Part shown: positions 1 to 11,750 of the stretch, piece after piece | Position numbering within the stretch: position 1 is the first letter of the stretch | Layout: each line of letters starts with the position of its first letter | Position numbers and translations under genes: made by a program | Notes under the pieces: model-generated | Seen by the model: the letters and a program-made list of their open reading frames with translations, nothing else | What the model was told of the DNA's origin: nothing | The model's database searches: none | Source: Eukaryota sp. GEM-RC1 | Taxonomy: Eukaryota | Direction: 5' to 3' | Assembly (NCBI GenBank): GCA_040285855.1 | Contig: JAUFOQ010000018.1 | Coordinates: 124,001-188,000 of the forward strand | DNA: 64,000 bases

Positions 1-400
1 TGTTGTGAATAATTGATCTTAAATGAATAACTTATGACAGTTGACCACATGATGGAAAGAGGCTAAAGAGGAACTACACACACAAGAAGACATTTGAAGG
101 AGACCGACATGCCATAAACCTAACCTTAAACGAATGTTGGCAAGCCATTCATGATCTTTTAAGTTGATATCTTTGAGGATATAGAGTAATCAATGTAGAA
201 GCCTCATCACTAGAAATGTCTTTCAAAAAAGCACAAACAGCGGGACTCTCGATTTTAGCCAAGCTAATTCGATTTTTGAAGTCCAAGCTTTCCTGCTAGT
301 TGATCAATTGTGTCTGCAATTTACGGTTTTTTTATTGCAATAATGTTGTTTATTGCTGGAACTCCCATAAATAGTGTTTTTAGGAACGTACAGTAGGTTT
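1..400 (-). mobile_element. Decayed fragment of a CRE-like (RLE-clade) non-LTR retrotransposon, zinc-knuckle region
   Basis: Minus-strand translation across frameshifts gives ...SPAVCAFLKDISSDEASTLITLYP..DHEWLANIRLRLGLW...CVCSSLASFHHVVNCHK...RSIIHN. This is a CCHC knuckle followed by the RHN-like motif. It is homologous to 540-760 and 22900-23200. Confidence 0.65.
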
Positions 401-419
401 TGATGGCGCATATAATGAA

Positions 420-860
420 ATAAATAGTTTAAAACTCAATATAATCAAAGAAAAATTCCTTAAAATCGAACCTTGTTGAAGCTTTGTCTTCGTAATGCAC
501 ACAGATGGATACTAATGCTTTCGAAATCATTGTGGGAACTGGTAATGTAATGCGAACAAGAAAACAGATGAGACAACGTTATCAATTTTCCACATTGACA
601 ATAACAATCGTTGGGTAGATTATGAGGCCATAAATAACATCTTAAACGCTTGCTAGTGGTCCATTGATGATCATTCAACAACGATCCATAAATTTGCGGA
701 ATTTGATTAAGAAAAGCCGATGCAGAGCTATCTTGCAAATCTGACAAACAATTCGCGAAAGTGGGATTATTTTGCTAAGCCGAGTTAATGCGAATAACAA
801 AACCAAACTTTCAAACCGTTTTTAAAAAAGATGCTGGCGATTTTTCACGGCAAAAATTTT
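420..860 (-). mobile_element. Internally deleted CRE-like non-LTR remnant (knuckle joined to 3' tail)
   Basis: ORF 460-747 reads LRCYLWP..CYCQCGKLITLSHLFSC. The tail at 428-540 recurs at ~50015-50130. Confidence 0.6.
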
Positions 861-1269
861 GTTAATATTTATTACAATAAATTAAACAACAATACATACA
901 TTTCTCATCCCACTGGAAGATAGACACCCAACACCTCGGTGACTATCTTTCCACATCTATCAGATCAATTTGAGAGAAACAACACTGTCCATGATTTAGT
1001 AGTTATATATACAAAAGCGTACATAATTTATACAGTAACCTCTCAGGAATCCCTTTTTGATGCAATTACACTGGTCAAAACGTTTATTCTCAAAAGAAAA
1101 TTAGTCTCAAATGATAAGGTTTCGACGTTATAGAGATACAATGCGATGAAGATTATTGATAGAGAAGATCGCACCAAAAGGAGACATTTAACATCAATAG
1201 AGGTGGGGAGTTGCCAAGAGAAGACATTCTCCTCCCCCTCCAATTTCTTCTTGGAAAAGAAGAATAAGT

Positions 1270-2255
1270 GCACAACCTCTCCGTTGCCCTTCCGTAGAAC
1301 CTCTTGTTTCGCTTTAACGCTTAGAATGTGACATTTCCTACCCTTCTTGCTCTTGAAAGGCGATGACAAGATCCAAATACCTAAGATATACTCCCATAAC
1401 TAAAGGGGATTGAGGGGGGTTGTGTTTGCTCGCTCTTTCTTCCATCAAATCTTCTTCTTCTTCTCTCTTGCTTCGTGTTCGATCTCCAACAATCATCCTT
1501 TCCATGTGTTCCTTGCTTTTCGTTTCTAATGCTTCTGTTCTGATCCAAGAATGTCTTCCCCTTTCCCAGTATCTCTCTCATATTCCCAATCTCCATGATC
1601 TTTTCTAACAATCAAATGACTGAGAATCACGTGATGGTCTCTCCTGCTTCTTGTTGGAACAAATCCCTGTTCGTTGTTCATTTGTCGCTCTTCCTCTACC
1701 TCCTTCTATTCTATCATCATCTCTTTACTTCCCCCGTTTGAGAGATATTCTCTTGTTAAGAGATATTTGTAAGTCTTTGGTTCTCCTCCACAAAGGTATC
1801 TCTCCACTGCTCTCGCCATGATCTCTTCTAGCAATCACTTGATCATCAAATCACGTGATTGTTTATGAGTCAATACGTATAGTTTGGAACCTACCTAAAC
1901 TAATCTTTGGATAATACGGGTTCTTCCTAAAACATTGTTGCTCAGAGCAGGACAAGAATTGAAATTCTTAAACAATTTAAACCACTTTTGGAAATTATTT
2001 AATTACATTTTTGCGTTTTCACTGTTCACTTAGACAATGAAATGTTTCTACAAGAATTGTGTTTCGGGAATAATTTTCTGACTTCTGTTATTTTTGATTT
2101 CTAATTTTTTAAAATGTCTGTCATTTAGTGATTCTTTTCAGTGGAAAAAGTAATTTTAGCTACTCAGAATCTCTTCTTGAGTATAGTGACTTATTATTGT
2201 TTCATTTTGTTATCTTACAAAAAGAGATAGATATTTCTTAAAAACCAAGACCACT
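1270..2255 (-). repeat. Dispersed ~1-kb repeat of unknown class (inverted copy of 13920-14855)
   Basis: Reverse-complement match to 13920-14855, e.g. CAATCCCCTTTAGTTATGGGAGTATATCTTAGGTATTTGGATCTT. A partial copy lies at ~8445-8520. Confidence 0.85.
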
Positions 2256-2486
2256 CAGAAAAACCAGAAAGGAATTTAATTCTGGAAATTGCGATTAAAA
2301 AAATTCTAAGGTAAATCAAAATTGATCCTTGTACAAGTAAAATGGAAACTCTTTCGAAATAAGTCTAACAAGATAAATAATTAACAAAGAGCAATGACAG
2401 TGATCATTAGTAATCGCAAAAAGTTGATATGCATTGACATAAAGATTACTAGAGAATCCAACAGTATTGGTGACATTTTTCTTGGT

Positions 2487-3155
2487 CTATACAATCATCT
2501 TCTTAACTGGCGATAAAACACATGAATGATCCAAATGTCCACAAGGATCGATTGTAACATAATATTCCATGTGAATAAGTCGGAATTTTAAAAAATGCCA
2601 AGACACATTTTTAGAACACGGATGGTCATCCAAAGAAAAAGCAGTGAAGATTGTAGGACCAAAGTACAGTTCATTCATAGAGGTGTGTCCAACAGAAGTA
2701 CAGAGAAAATGATTCGTATTTTGGAGAAATGATAAACAACTGATCACTGGAAGATATAAAGTTTCCAAAGAAGAACGTACTAGAGTATAAATTGACATGT
2801 CAATCAAAGGAATTGAAATTTCATCTTGTACAAGGAGCTGATTAAGAATAGATCTCGGCTTGAACAACTGAGAAATCTCAAATATAAAGGGATAAGTGTT
2901 TCTAACAATGGGAATGATTTCTTCAACATTAAAACCAAGAAAACCATCCCCTTTACGTTCAACGAGAATATTGAAAGTTGTTGAATTAAGTAAAAATTCT
3001 TGCCGATGATCATAGATATTTTTGGATTCATCGGAAGTTTCAGACTGTTGCTGAAAGTCTAGAAGACACAAAGAACGCCTTACATAAGAATTACGACTGG
3101 ATTTTGCAATACACTCACCTGATTTGGTATATTGGATAAAAGATGCAATCTCCAT
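2487..3155 (-). CDS. Hypothetical protein (222 aa)
   Basis: ATG-initiated ORF that is long for AT-rich DNA; no motif recognised. Confidence 0.4.
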   Translation of the reverse strand: MEIASFIQYTKSGECIAKSSRNSYVRRSLCLLDFQQQSETSDESKNIYDHRQEFLLNSTTFNILVERKGDGFLGFNVEEIIPIVRNTYPFIFEISQLFKPRSILNQLLVQDEISIPLIDMSIYTLVRSSLETLYLPVISCLSFLQNTNHFLCTSVGHTSMNELYFGPTIFTAFSLDDHPCSKNVSWHFLKFRLIHMEYYVTIDPCGHLDHSCVLSPVKKMIV

Positions 3156-3656
3156 ATAGATGGTGGTAAGAAGGTTCGTGAAGGGAAGAAAAGTGAACGA
3201 AATGAACTAATTTATTATACTACAGTGTATTTATCTTGATTTCTTCAATTGATTCTGTCTACCTCTAGTAGATCCTTGAGCTCTTCCATAGGTACTATAA
3301 GAATCAGTTGTATCAAAGACTTGAGTTTTTTCAGAAATAACATTTCCCCTGGAATCCTTTCGAACAGTGCGGATGCTTTTTTAACTTCCTGACCTTTCTT
3401 CGAGTTTCTGGAACTTCTTTGGAATCTTCAGTTTGAGTTTCTGTGTCGACGGTAAGTGGAGGCAGGGTACTTGTAGACTTTGTATGAGACGGCGTAGCTG
3501 TTCTGTTGGGTAATTCAACGTCATGAAGTTCTATAAAGGGGTGACTAGTCATGAAAGTTTGAATCACCAACCCTTAAGTGCTTAACATTTTCTTCTACAG
3601 CTTTCTTGTGAGATTCAAACAGTTCACGTACTGATCCAGTTGCAGTTTTGCAATAT

Positions 3657-4007
3657 TCAGCAAAACACCAAGGGGAAACTCGTCTTGGAGTGTAGACAGT
3701 GGTCTTTCGAATATCTGCTACGGATATGTGGATAAGACCTTAACCTTTCACCTCCTTTTCTCCAACAAGGACCATGTACATGACGTACAAAAACAGGAGC
3801 CAGTTGTCCTTGAGATAACATTCTTCGATAAGTGTTACGAATAACACTTAATGGGATAACTTTTGGTGGCACAAAATGATCAATCAAGGATCCATTTAAT
3901 GCCATATCCCACAAACGTAAAGCAAGATCTTCAGTTGTTCCTTTGACTGGTATTCTCAGTGGCCATTCCTTATTGGATTCTTTCACTAGAAATTTGAAGA
4001 TGGACAT
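3657..4007 (-). CDS. Hypothetical protein or fragment (116 aa)
   Basis: ATG ORF co-oriented with neighbouring orphan ORFs; no motif recognised. Confidence 0.3.
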   Translation of the reverse strand: MSIFKFLVKESNKEWPLRIPVKGTTEDLALRLWDMALNGSLIDHFVPPKVIPLSVIRNTYRRMLSQGQLAPVFVRHVHGPCWRKGGERLRSYPHIRSRYSKDHCLHSKTSFPLVFC

Positions 4008-4692
4008 GTTTGAGAGTCATGAATACATCATCGTTTGAGAAAACTCACATGATTGTGATAATTAACAATTAACATCCTCACCATTCTAAAATAAAAATAT
4101 TTAAATTTAAGATTTATTGATAAACTAAGGTAACTAAGTGGTCATTGATTTCACCAAATACTTTCCACAACAATTGAACACCAATCTTAGTTTGGTCTGG
4201 ATCAAAGTAGGAAGTGAAACAATTAGGAGGATGCTTACACATATCAGATCACATTCTTTTGCAACCAAATTGAACTTTGCTTATACATTGGTATTAATAT
4301 ACCGTCCAACTCTATAATATAAATCCATCTCAAAAACATCAATAGTACCATCACTTAATTCTTGAATAAGTGTGTATTTGCCCAAATACCCAAATTCCCG
4401 TTTTTAGCACCACATGGTTGAATGAAAGTAAAAAATTGGCGTTGTTATAATAATTGGCATGGACATCCAATAAATAAAGAATACATGTATGTAGATCTTG
4501 GATTGGTAGAACTAAAGAATACTAAGAACTAAAGTATTATTACTTTCAAAAATAGAACTGAGATTATAATCTTTCAAGAAGAGAAGTTCTTGATGGATAT
4601 CGATTAACGTCTGTATTTGTATGATTAAATAAAAGACGTTTTCACAATTTCGGTAATAATAATAATCTTTTTTTTCAAGAGAGAGTGTTGTT

Positions 4693-5428
4693 CAGGGCCT
4701 GGTAAAACATATTTGTATTTAAATATTTGAAATAAATATAGATGAAATATTTATTTTCTCCAGAAGACAAGTTCCAATATATATATTTCTGTATGGAACA
4801 TAAAAAATATTTTTATCCGTGTTTCATGGCTACTTTCCGGTTTGGAATACTTACACAGCTGAAGATTTCAACATCCTTCACTCAATCTCATTTGAGACAG
4901 GTTTTGTGAAAGTGTTGAAAGGCAGATAAAATGAGTTCATCGAGGATGAACGACAGTCTTTAGTTAGATTTGAAAGAGAGCCATGTAATCCTCAATTGAG
5001 CCAAGTGAACTTCCATATTGTGACCCAATTGAATGAGTCTGCCAACCGTATGTCCAATGCTTCTCGCTACATTAACCTCTCTTTCATTCCCGGGACTTCG
5101 AATGAGTGCGAGAGATTGTTCTTTGCAGTGCGCCGAACAATTGGTGAGCATCGCTTTGGTCTCACAGCTGGATCGTTGGAAAAACAACTTTTTCCCGGTT
5201 CTGGTGGAGCTCCCAAACAGTTAGAGCTGTAATGAGGAAGATCAATCCTTGTGAAAGTTTCATTGATGTAAGTGATTAGTTATTAGATTAGTTGTTCAAT
5301 AAAAATCGTTGCTTGTCTGTTTTAAGTATGAACAAAAATATTTAAATATGAAAAATACATATCGTAGCTATTTATTTTTTGAACAAAAGTTTGGTATATT
5401 TTATTTAAATATTTTTTATCACCCCCTG
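4693..5428 (+). mobile_element. Non-autonomous hAT DNA transposon
   Basis: Imperfect TIRs CAGGGCCTGGTAAAACATATTT / AAATATTTTTTATCACCCCCTG. Exact 8-bp TSD GTGTTGTT at 4685-4692 and 5429-5436. Internal hAT dimerisation remnant IPGTSNECERLFFAVRRTIGEHRFGL. Confidence 0.92.
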
Positions 5429-6028
5429 GTGTTGTTGACGTCGAAGATGCTCAATTACTGATACATGAAGTCAAAATGTTCATTGCAAAAACAGAAAATG
5501 ACATATCGCTAACAATTGCACAACATTGAAGAAATCCTATTAAAAAAGGTCGTTTATTGGGAAAATCAACATGGATTGTTTATTTAAATGATTGACAGAA
5601 CATACATATCATGAAATCTCCTTTTGGTCCGAAAACACGTGAAAGAAAAGCCATCCTAATCAAAATTACAAACCCAAAAAAGGAACTGAAGTATGATTAT
5701 AATTCAGTAGTTAACACGCGACTGTGGAATTTTTTTAAGTGCTTATGTGAACTTTTTTCCAATTTCCTCTCAAGGTAATATCTCACAGCCCATTTTCTAC
5801 ATGACTCGATCTTTTGAACTTTTCTGCGATCCTGACATAGATCTCTTCACTCTAACACATCACGCGAGTGAAGATACAGAAGTACGCACTGTTCAGACAT
5901 ATTCGTGGCTTTATCATACTGATGCTGTGTATTCTTCCTAGACACCGTCCACTATACTCCTTGATCTCTTCGGATTTCACAGCATTCCTGTCGTCATGAC
6001 ACGTTTATGTCACAGTTTGATGATCGAG

Positions 6029-6307
6029 ATAGGTGATATTTATACTCCTACGCAAGCCCCTACTCTTCACATGTTCTATGCTTGTTGCGTCACGGACGTC
6101 ACATTTTGTATCTTTGTATCTACCGTTAGTTAGATCTTCATTCAGTGCATATGCGGGGAGAATCTGTTAGTCAGAGACACTCAACAGCTTCCATCGATCA
6201 ACCACGGTTCCCTCTTAAGGGATCTTTCTAAAAGACTTCCGGTTTACGAATTAACTAGGAACTTCAGACAAGAACAAGGATCGACACTTTCTACGATCCT
6301 GGGTTAA
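6029..6307 (+). pseudogene. Remnant of a RecD/RecD2-like SF1B DNA helicase
   Basis: In-frame LLVRDTQQLPSINHGSLLRDLSKRLPVYELTRNFRQEQGS matches RecD motif III (GDxxQLPSVxxGxxLxDL) and motif IV (LTxxFRQ). Upstream in the same frame are TPT and TLH, plus one stop. Confidence 0.6.
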
Positions 6308-6910
6308 TCAATAAACAGATCTTCGTTCTACAGAATATACCCACATCTGAGTTGAACATAACATGACCACTCATGACTTTGTTCTCGTTATTTACGTGAA
6401 TGAACAGTGCCCGTGTTCAGTTCATGAACCACTGTTCTTCATATGATACATGTAAGATGATGAAACTTTCAGCACTAGCTATTTATTGAGAATATACATA
6501 CGTTTACCTAATAAAACGATCACACATGTCTGCTATACACAGAGCTTCGATAACTCGGGACTTCACACAAAGGAAATAGAGAAATTGTCTGACCACGTAA
6601 GAACTCAAGATGGTTGTTATCTAGTCATAAGTAGTTTACTAAGGCCCTTAGGTTTAAAAGTAACAAGACTGACATGTAATATTTGGCATTGATCAAAAGT
6701 GTATACCAATTTGAAGGAGTCAGGAGAGTCAAGAAATATGAGTTTGGACACACTATTACAGAGACACTGGAAGGAAGAGACGGATATGAAGACATTTTGA
6801 TGTGAAAAGTCTGTGAGAAAGAGCTGTAAGAAAGTTGTGAAATATGCGATTCAGGTGAAAAGCACAGTAGTATAATATACTAGCATAATATACTGATCAT
6901 AACAAAATCC

Positions 6911-7304
6911 TCATGTGATTAGTGGATGAGCGACTTTTCTATTTTCAACCACTTTTGTTAGAGAACATTGCATCTCCTCAAAATTTAGGGGAATCATAAC
7001 ATGACCAGCTTCACTGGAAACAAAGAATGACACCCAGATCATCAGACGAGGTTGAGAGATAGAATGCTCTAGCATCTCCAAGCGAGATTATGCGAGCCCT
7101 TATTATATCAGTTGGTTGGAAAGATTTATACATGTCAACTGCATCAGGATTGAAGGTGCGAACATCTCGTTGACGGAGAACAGCAGGATATTTATCAGGA
7201 TATGGACCAGATTCCGATCCTAAAATAGTCAGGTGTACAGATCGACGATTAACTCGGACAACTTGCGCAAAGACAACAGAATTGTCTTCGGGAAAAACAG
7301 ACAT
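6911..7304 (-). CDS. CSL4: Exosome complex component Csl4/EXOSC1 (S1 + C-terminal zinc-ribbon-like domain)
   Basis: LRQRDVR...DMYKSFQPTDIIRARIISLGDARAFYLSTSSDDLGV. After a 1-bp shift near 7015 it continues SEAGHVMIPLNFEEMQCSLTKVVENRKVA. Confidence 0.9.
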
Positions 7305-8042
7305 GAGAAAAGTTTCTCTAAAACTTTGTTACCACAGAACTGCTGTCTTTCAACAACCTCAAGTAACACGAATCTCTGATGAATTCCACCCTGTTTAATG
7401 CCATCTCAGTTCTGGTTTACCCTCCGTCATTATATTGAAACTGATCATTGTTTCCAGTCCTCAGAATTCAAGAAACCCAATTGGCTCAGAATTCAAGAAA
7501 CGTAATGAGTTCAAACTTAAACTTGATTCCTGGGTTGACACTTCTCTTCTTGCAGATAACATCAACGTAAACGACGTCTTACACCGTGGCTTCTCCTTTC
7601 CTTTCCAAGGTCTTCTCTTTACTACAGGGGGTCTCAATCTTCTCATCGTCTTCTGGTACCAAGCGATCCGAGTTCCTGCTCTATCGCATCTATCATACTT
7701 TTGTTACCACAGATCCCTCTGTTCAGCCAATCCCTCTTACGACTCCACCCTCCCCTTCTCAGTCCTATGATGATCTAACAATTCTCTCTTCCATTGATAC
7801 CCGTAGAGATATATCTACCCTTTTCGAAGACCTCCAATGTGAACTCATCTGTAATTACCTCATCCACGACTCTGATCACGTTGTCCCTTGCAACCTTTTG
7901 AGTTTGAACCTTGTCAAATTGGTCGAATTTCTGAATTGATATGTGACATCTTTGAAGCTCGATCCGCAGTTGTCTTTTGTCATCACGACGATACTCATTT
8001 GTGATCCTCATGTGATCAGTAAGTCACGCCGCTAATAAAATC

Positions 8043-8098
8043 GTATCACGTCATCATCGAGTATCACGTCATCATCGAGTATCACGTCATCATCGAGT
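8043..8098. repeat. Tandem repeat, 3 x 18 bp GTATCACGTCATCATCGA
   Basis: Read directly from the sequence. Confidence 0.95.
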
Positions 8099-8188
8099 TC
8101 CAGTCAAGGAACAATCCCAGGGTTTTGGCACGTGTCTAAAGCATCATGATATGCCCTTATAGTGTTTTTTTCTAGGATGTTTTCAATC

Positions 8189-8255
8189 TACAGTCAACTC
8201 TCGATAACTCTAGTTAGATAGACTAAAGTCCCAACTTTTTATACGAGTTATCGAA
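8189..8255. mobile_element. Solitary pogo/Tigger-like terminal inverted repeat
   Basis: TA|CAGTCAACTCTCGATAACTC followed by the inverted subterminal motif GAGTTATCGA. No partner end found. Confidence 0.4.
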
Positions 8256-8899
8256 TGTCTTTGGACATTACTGGTATTTCATACAAAAATGTTCTCTTTT
8301 CGAACTATTTTAAATAGAGTTCATGAGCTGAAAACTTTTAATTTTTATGACAATTTGATTCAGTTTCCGTCTTTAGTAAGTTTTTTTTTGGTTATATGTA
8401 GGGTTTTTTCCTGTCTATTTGTTATTTTACAGTTGTGAAAATATTGTCATTTAGTGATTCTATTCAGTGGAAAAAGTAATTTTTGTTACTCAGAATCTCT
8501 TTTTTCTTGATTATAGACACTGATTATTTGTAATTAAAAAGATTTTACTTTTCATACATCATCTCACACTGTCTTCTAACGACTCTTTTGCCTACCATCA
8601 CACCATTCCCATGTCTGAAACTGAATCATTAACATTCCTCTATATTTGCTATAAGATTACTACTGAGATTAAGACTTTCACAAGAGTATGGAAATTGATT
8701 CATCATCATTTTAAAGATTGGTTCTACCGAAGGACTACGCTGTCCTTTTCACCTCAATTTACCTAGCTCAGATATTTTGGGATTGGACTTGGATCTGGGT
8801 TTCTTCGAAGGTGAGACCTTTCGTAGAGGGGTTGATTGAGAAGGATTCCATGACGAGGAACAGATGATGGAAGTGCAGATCAAAACAAAGGTGCATCAT

Positions 8900-10500
8900 C
8901 ACAAGTTATTGAAGAAACTCGACCAACATCAACAGCTAAGTCATCAGCAACACGACACTTGGACAGTTTCTTTTATCGTGTTCGAAAAAAGATCAAACAC
9001 TACATTGACGAGGTTTCCGTCTACAATTGACAGTGGGAGAAAATCAGAGGTGGTTAACATGCTTTAGCATTGGGAACAGTAAATGAATGATGACGTTTCA
9101 GAGAGTTATGTAAACCACACTGAGTGTGAAGGAATGTCTTCTGTGTTTCAGTCAATTTAACATCATGAATGGAAGACAAGTCCATCTAGGGAATGTTCAG
9201 CTTAAGGTCTAAACATTTCCATTCCATGTCTTTCTTTAGTGTCGTCAAATTAAGGACAAAGTGGTAGATTGAGTCATTTGTTGTTGATTCCGTAAACAAG
9301 AATTAGTCTGCACCAGACTTTTTTAGTTCAAACTAATTTATGGGTGTGTCCTGGATTTGATCAAACATTGATGTTGATATAATTGCCCAATAAAAGTAGG
9401 GAAAACTTTTTCCATACCATTACTTCTAATTCAAAATTTGTTTTGTACCACTATTCATAATGGTATATAAAAAGTCTCTTATCATTTTTCAGTATAATTT
9501 GCTTCATACCATGACTGACATGTTACAATCTCTATCAAATACAGCTCTTTTATACATCGTAACTCTATCTCAATAACGCTCCTTTATCTCCATCCACCCC
9601 TTCCTTCTGTTTATTGAAGGACGAACTGCTCTTCGTTTTCTAACAGGAGGGATGCCGATCAGAAATGATAACCAACTCTGGGATATCAAGTTCCTTTAAT
9701 TCTTCCTCCAACAACCGTAGGAAGAACATCCAGTTAATGTCATTCTCCACATCAACAATGGCATAGGCTAAAGGAAACAGTTGCCCTTGACCATCAACAG
9801 TAGTTGCCTACAGCAATGTAGCTCCACAAGGAGGGTGCACACGATGGACCAAATGTTGGCCATTGAGATCAGAGAGAACAATGTGGTTTCTAGCCAGTGA
9901 AATGACAGTGGCTTCGGCATCACTGCTGTACGGCATCACCATTGACTTTGTAGGGTCAAGAGAGTTAAGTACGAACAAAGATTGATCGATAATTCTTCGT
10001 AAATGCCCTGAAAATTGAGTAGAACGTTGAGATGAAGCGTCATTTAACGCCTTGAAAGACACGGGCCTTAAGAGTTCAATACTCAGATCAGGATGTACTG
10101 AAAGAAGAGATTGTAAGGATTCAAACCCACTTTCAGGAAGAAACTGGACAACCAAAGGGATGATATCCGCATTAGAGCCCAGATGTCCAACACTACCTGT
10201 TGTATCAACTCGCTGAACAGCTTCGTTGACTTGTATGTATAATTCAGATGGAGACATTAAGTCAAAAAAGTGTTTAAACGGCTTTCAATTCATCTACTTA
10301 CAACCATGTGGCCATTGTCTATAATGCCCTGATTGTCTTGGTCTTTTGACTGCTTTCATCTGCGCTCCTCGTTGTTTTCTTTTTGTATCAGCTTTTGGGA
10401 AACTCTCTGACGAATCCTTTTGTGGACATCTTCGTTGTGACCTGGTTGTCAACATGTACTGCACCTAGGTTTCTTTGGATTTGCAGCTGTCTGTGCCTTT
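8900..10500 (-). mobile_element. MULE/Mutator-like transposase pseudogene
   Basis: ORF 9808-10257 reads through a stop into LL*ATTVDGQGQLFPLAYAIVDVENDINWMFFLRLL...LVIISDRHP, a MULE DDE core. A knuckle RCSTC*QPGHN lies near 10440-10470. Outer limits are approximate. Confidence 0.85.
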
Positions 10501-11502
10501 TTCTTCTGCAAAGCATGTTTTCCACTCCCGATTTCTTTTGGTTGAGCTTTCGTCCTTTCGAGAATGTATGGTCTACTTTGCCCCTCGATCTATGCTTTCA
10601 TAATGGAATAGATGTTGATTGCGGAATATTTTTGTAGAATATTTCCTTAGCCGTCTTTATAGAGTACGTGGAGATAGGCTGAAGCATCAAGCTGATTGTT
10701 ACTAAGAATCTCACCTATTTGCAGTTGCATGTTTACAAGAGGATCCATCAGCTAGTACAAATAGAGTTTGTTTCGAAGAGTAATTCTTAAGGGGTGTTGA
10801 TGATGAATTACGGTTTTATCAATTGAATTAGGATGAAATACGTTGTTTTTCTCCAAGTCATATGATAGATATTTAGTCTGAACCAGACAAATTGTTGAGC
10901 TGAAAATAGTTTGGATCCTTTTTTGGTAACATCGCCGTAATTGTTGTTCTACAAACTTATCTAAGACTAAGAGCTCGAACAAATGATTTTGTGTGAAGGC
11001 TTTTTCTGATTTGTTACAATTTCCTAACCATTTATAAACACTTTTTTGTAGGAATGTTATTTTTTTGGGGTATTGAATATAGTTAAAGTTTGTTTATAAA
11101 CACATTCTCTTAATTCAAACTACAACTGGCACTTGCAAGCTTCTTGGACGATAAACGCCAACAAACCATTGTTATTTCTAGTATAAGATATATAGTCTCC
11201 ATTGACTTCTTCCTTTACTTTTCTAATACATGTAATAAAGTACCAATTACTAAAGCAGCTTTTCAGATACCAAAGAGTGATGCAAATGTTGCGACTGTGT
11301 GTAGTGAATCATTAAAAGTACAAATATCGATTTTACGGTATCATGACTTCAAAAAGTACGCTCCAGACCATATCTTTATCCAGACTAATTAAACCGATTG
11401 GTGTACAGTTCTTGCAAGGTCTGTAGATTTCTGTGACTAGCCCCAACAGTACTTGATACCAATGAGACAATCAAATCAGACAATCAGTAGATTGGTGACT
11501 GA

Positions 11503-11547
11503 TACCATCAAAGTTTAACCATAAGTTATGGTTAAACTTTGATGGTA
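11503..11547. repeat. Perfect 22-bp inverted repeat with a 1-nt spacer
   Basis: TACCATCAAAGTTTAACCATAA-G-TTATGGTTAAACTTTGATGGTA. Confidence 0.95.
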
Positions 11548-11750
11548 CTAAACGAAGATCAAAATAGATGAAACATTATGGGAGTTTGTTTGATCTGAAA
11601 AGTTAACAGTAAAATCTATTGTGTTTGTGATGTTAAATACCAAAGATCAAAGAAGACACATACGAGAAGTTTATTAAATATCAATGAGTGTAGCATAAGT
11701 AAATGTAGGAACTATTGAATAAATAAAATCACCATAACGTTCTCCGAGCC

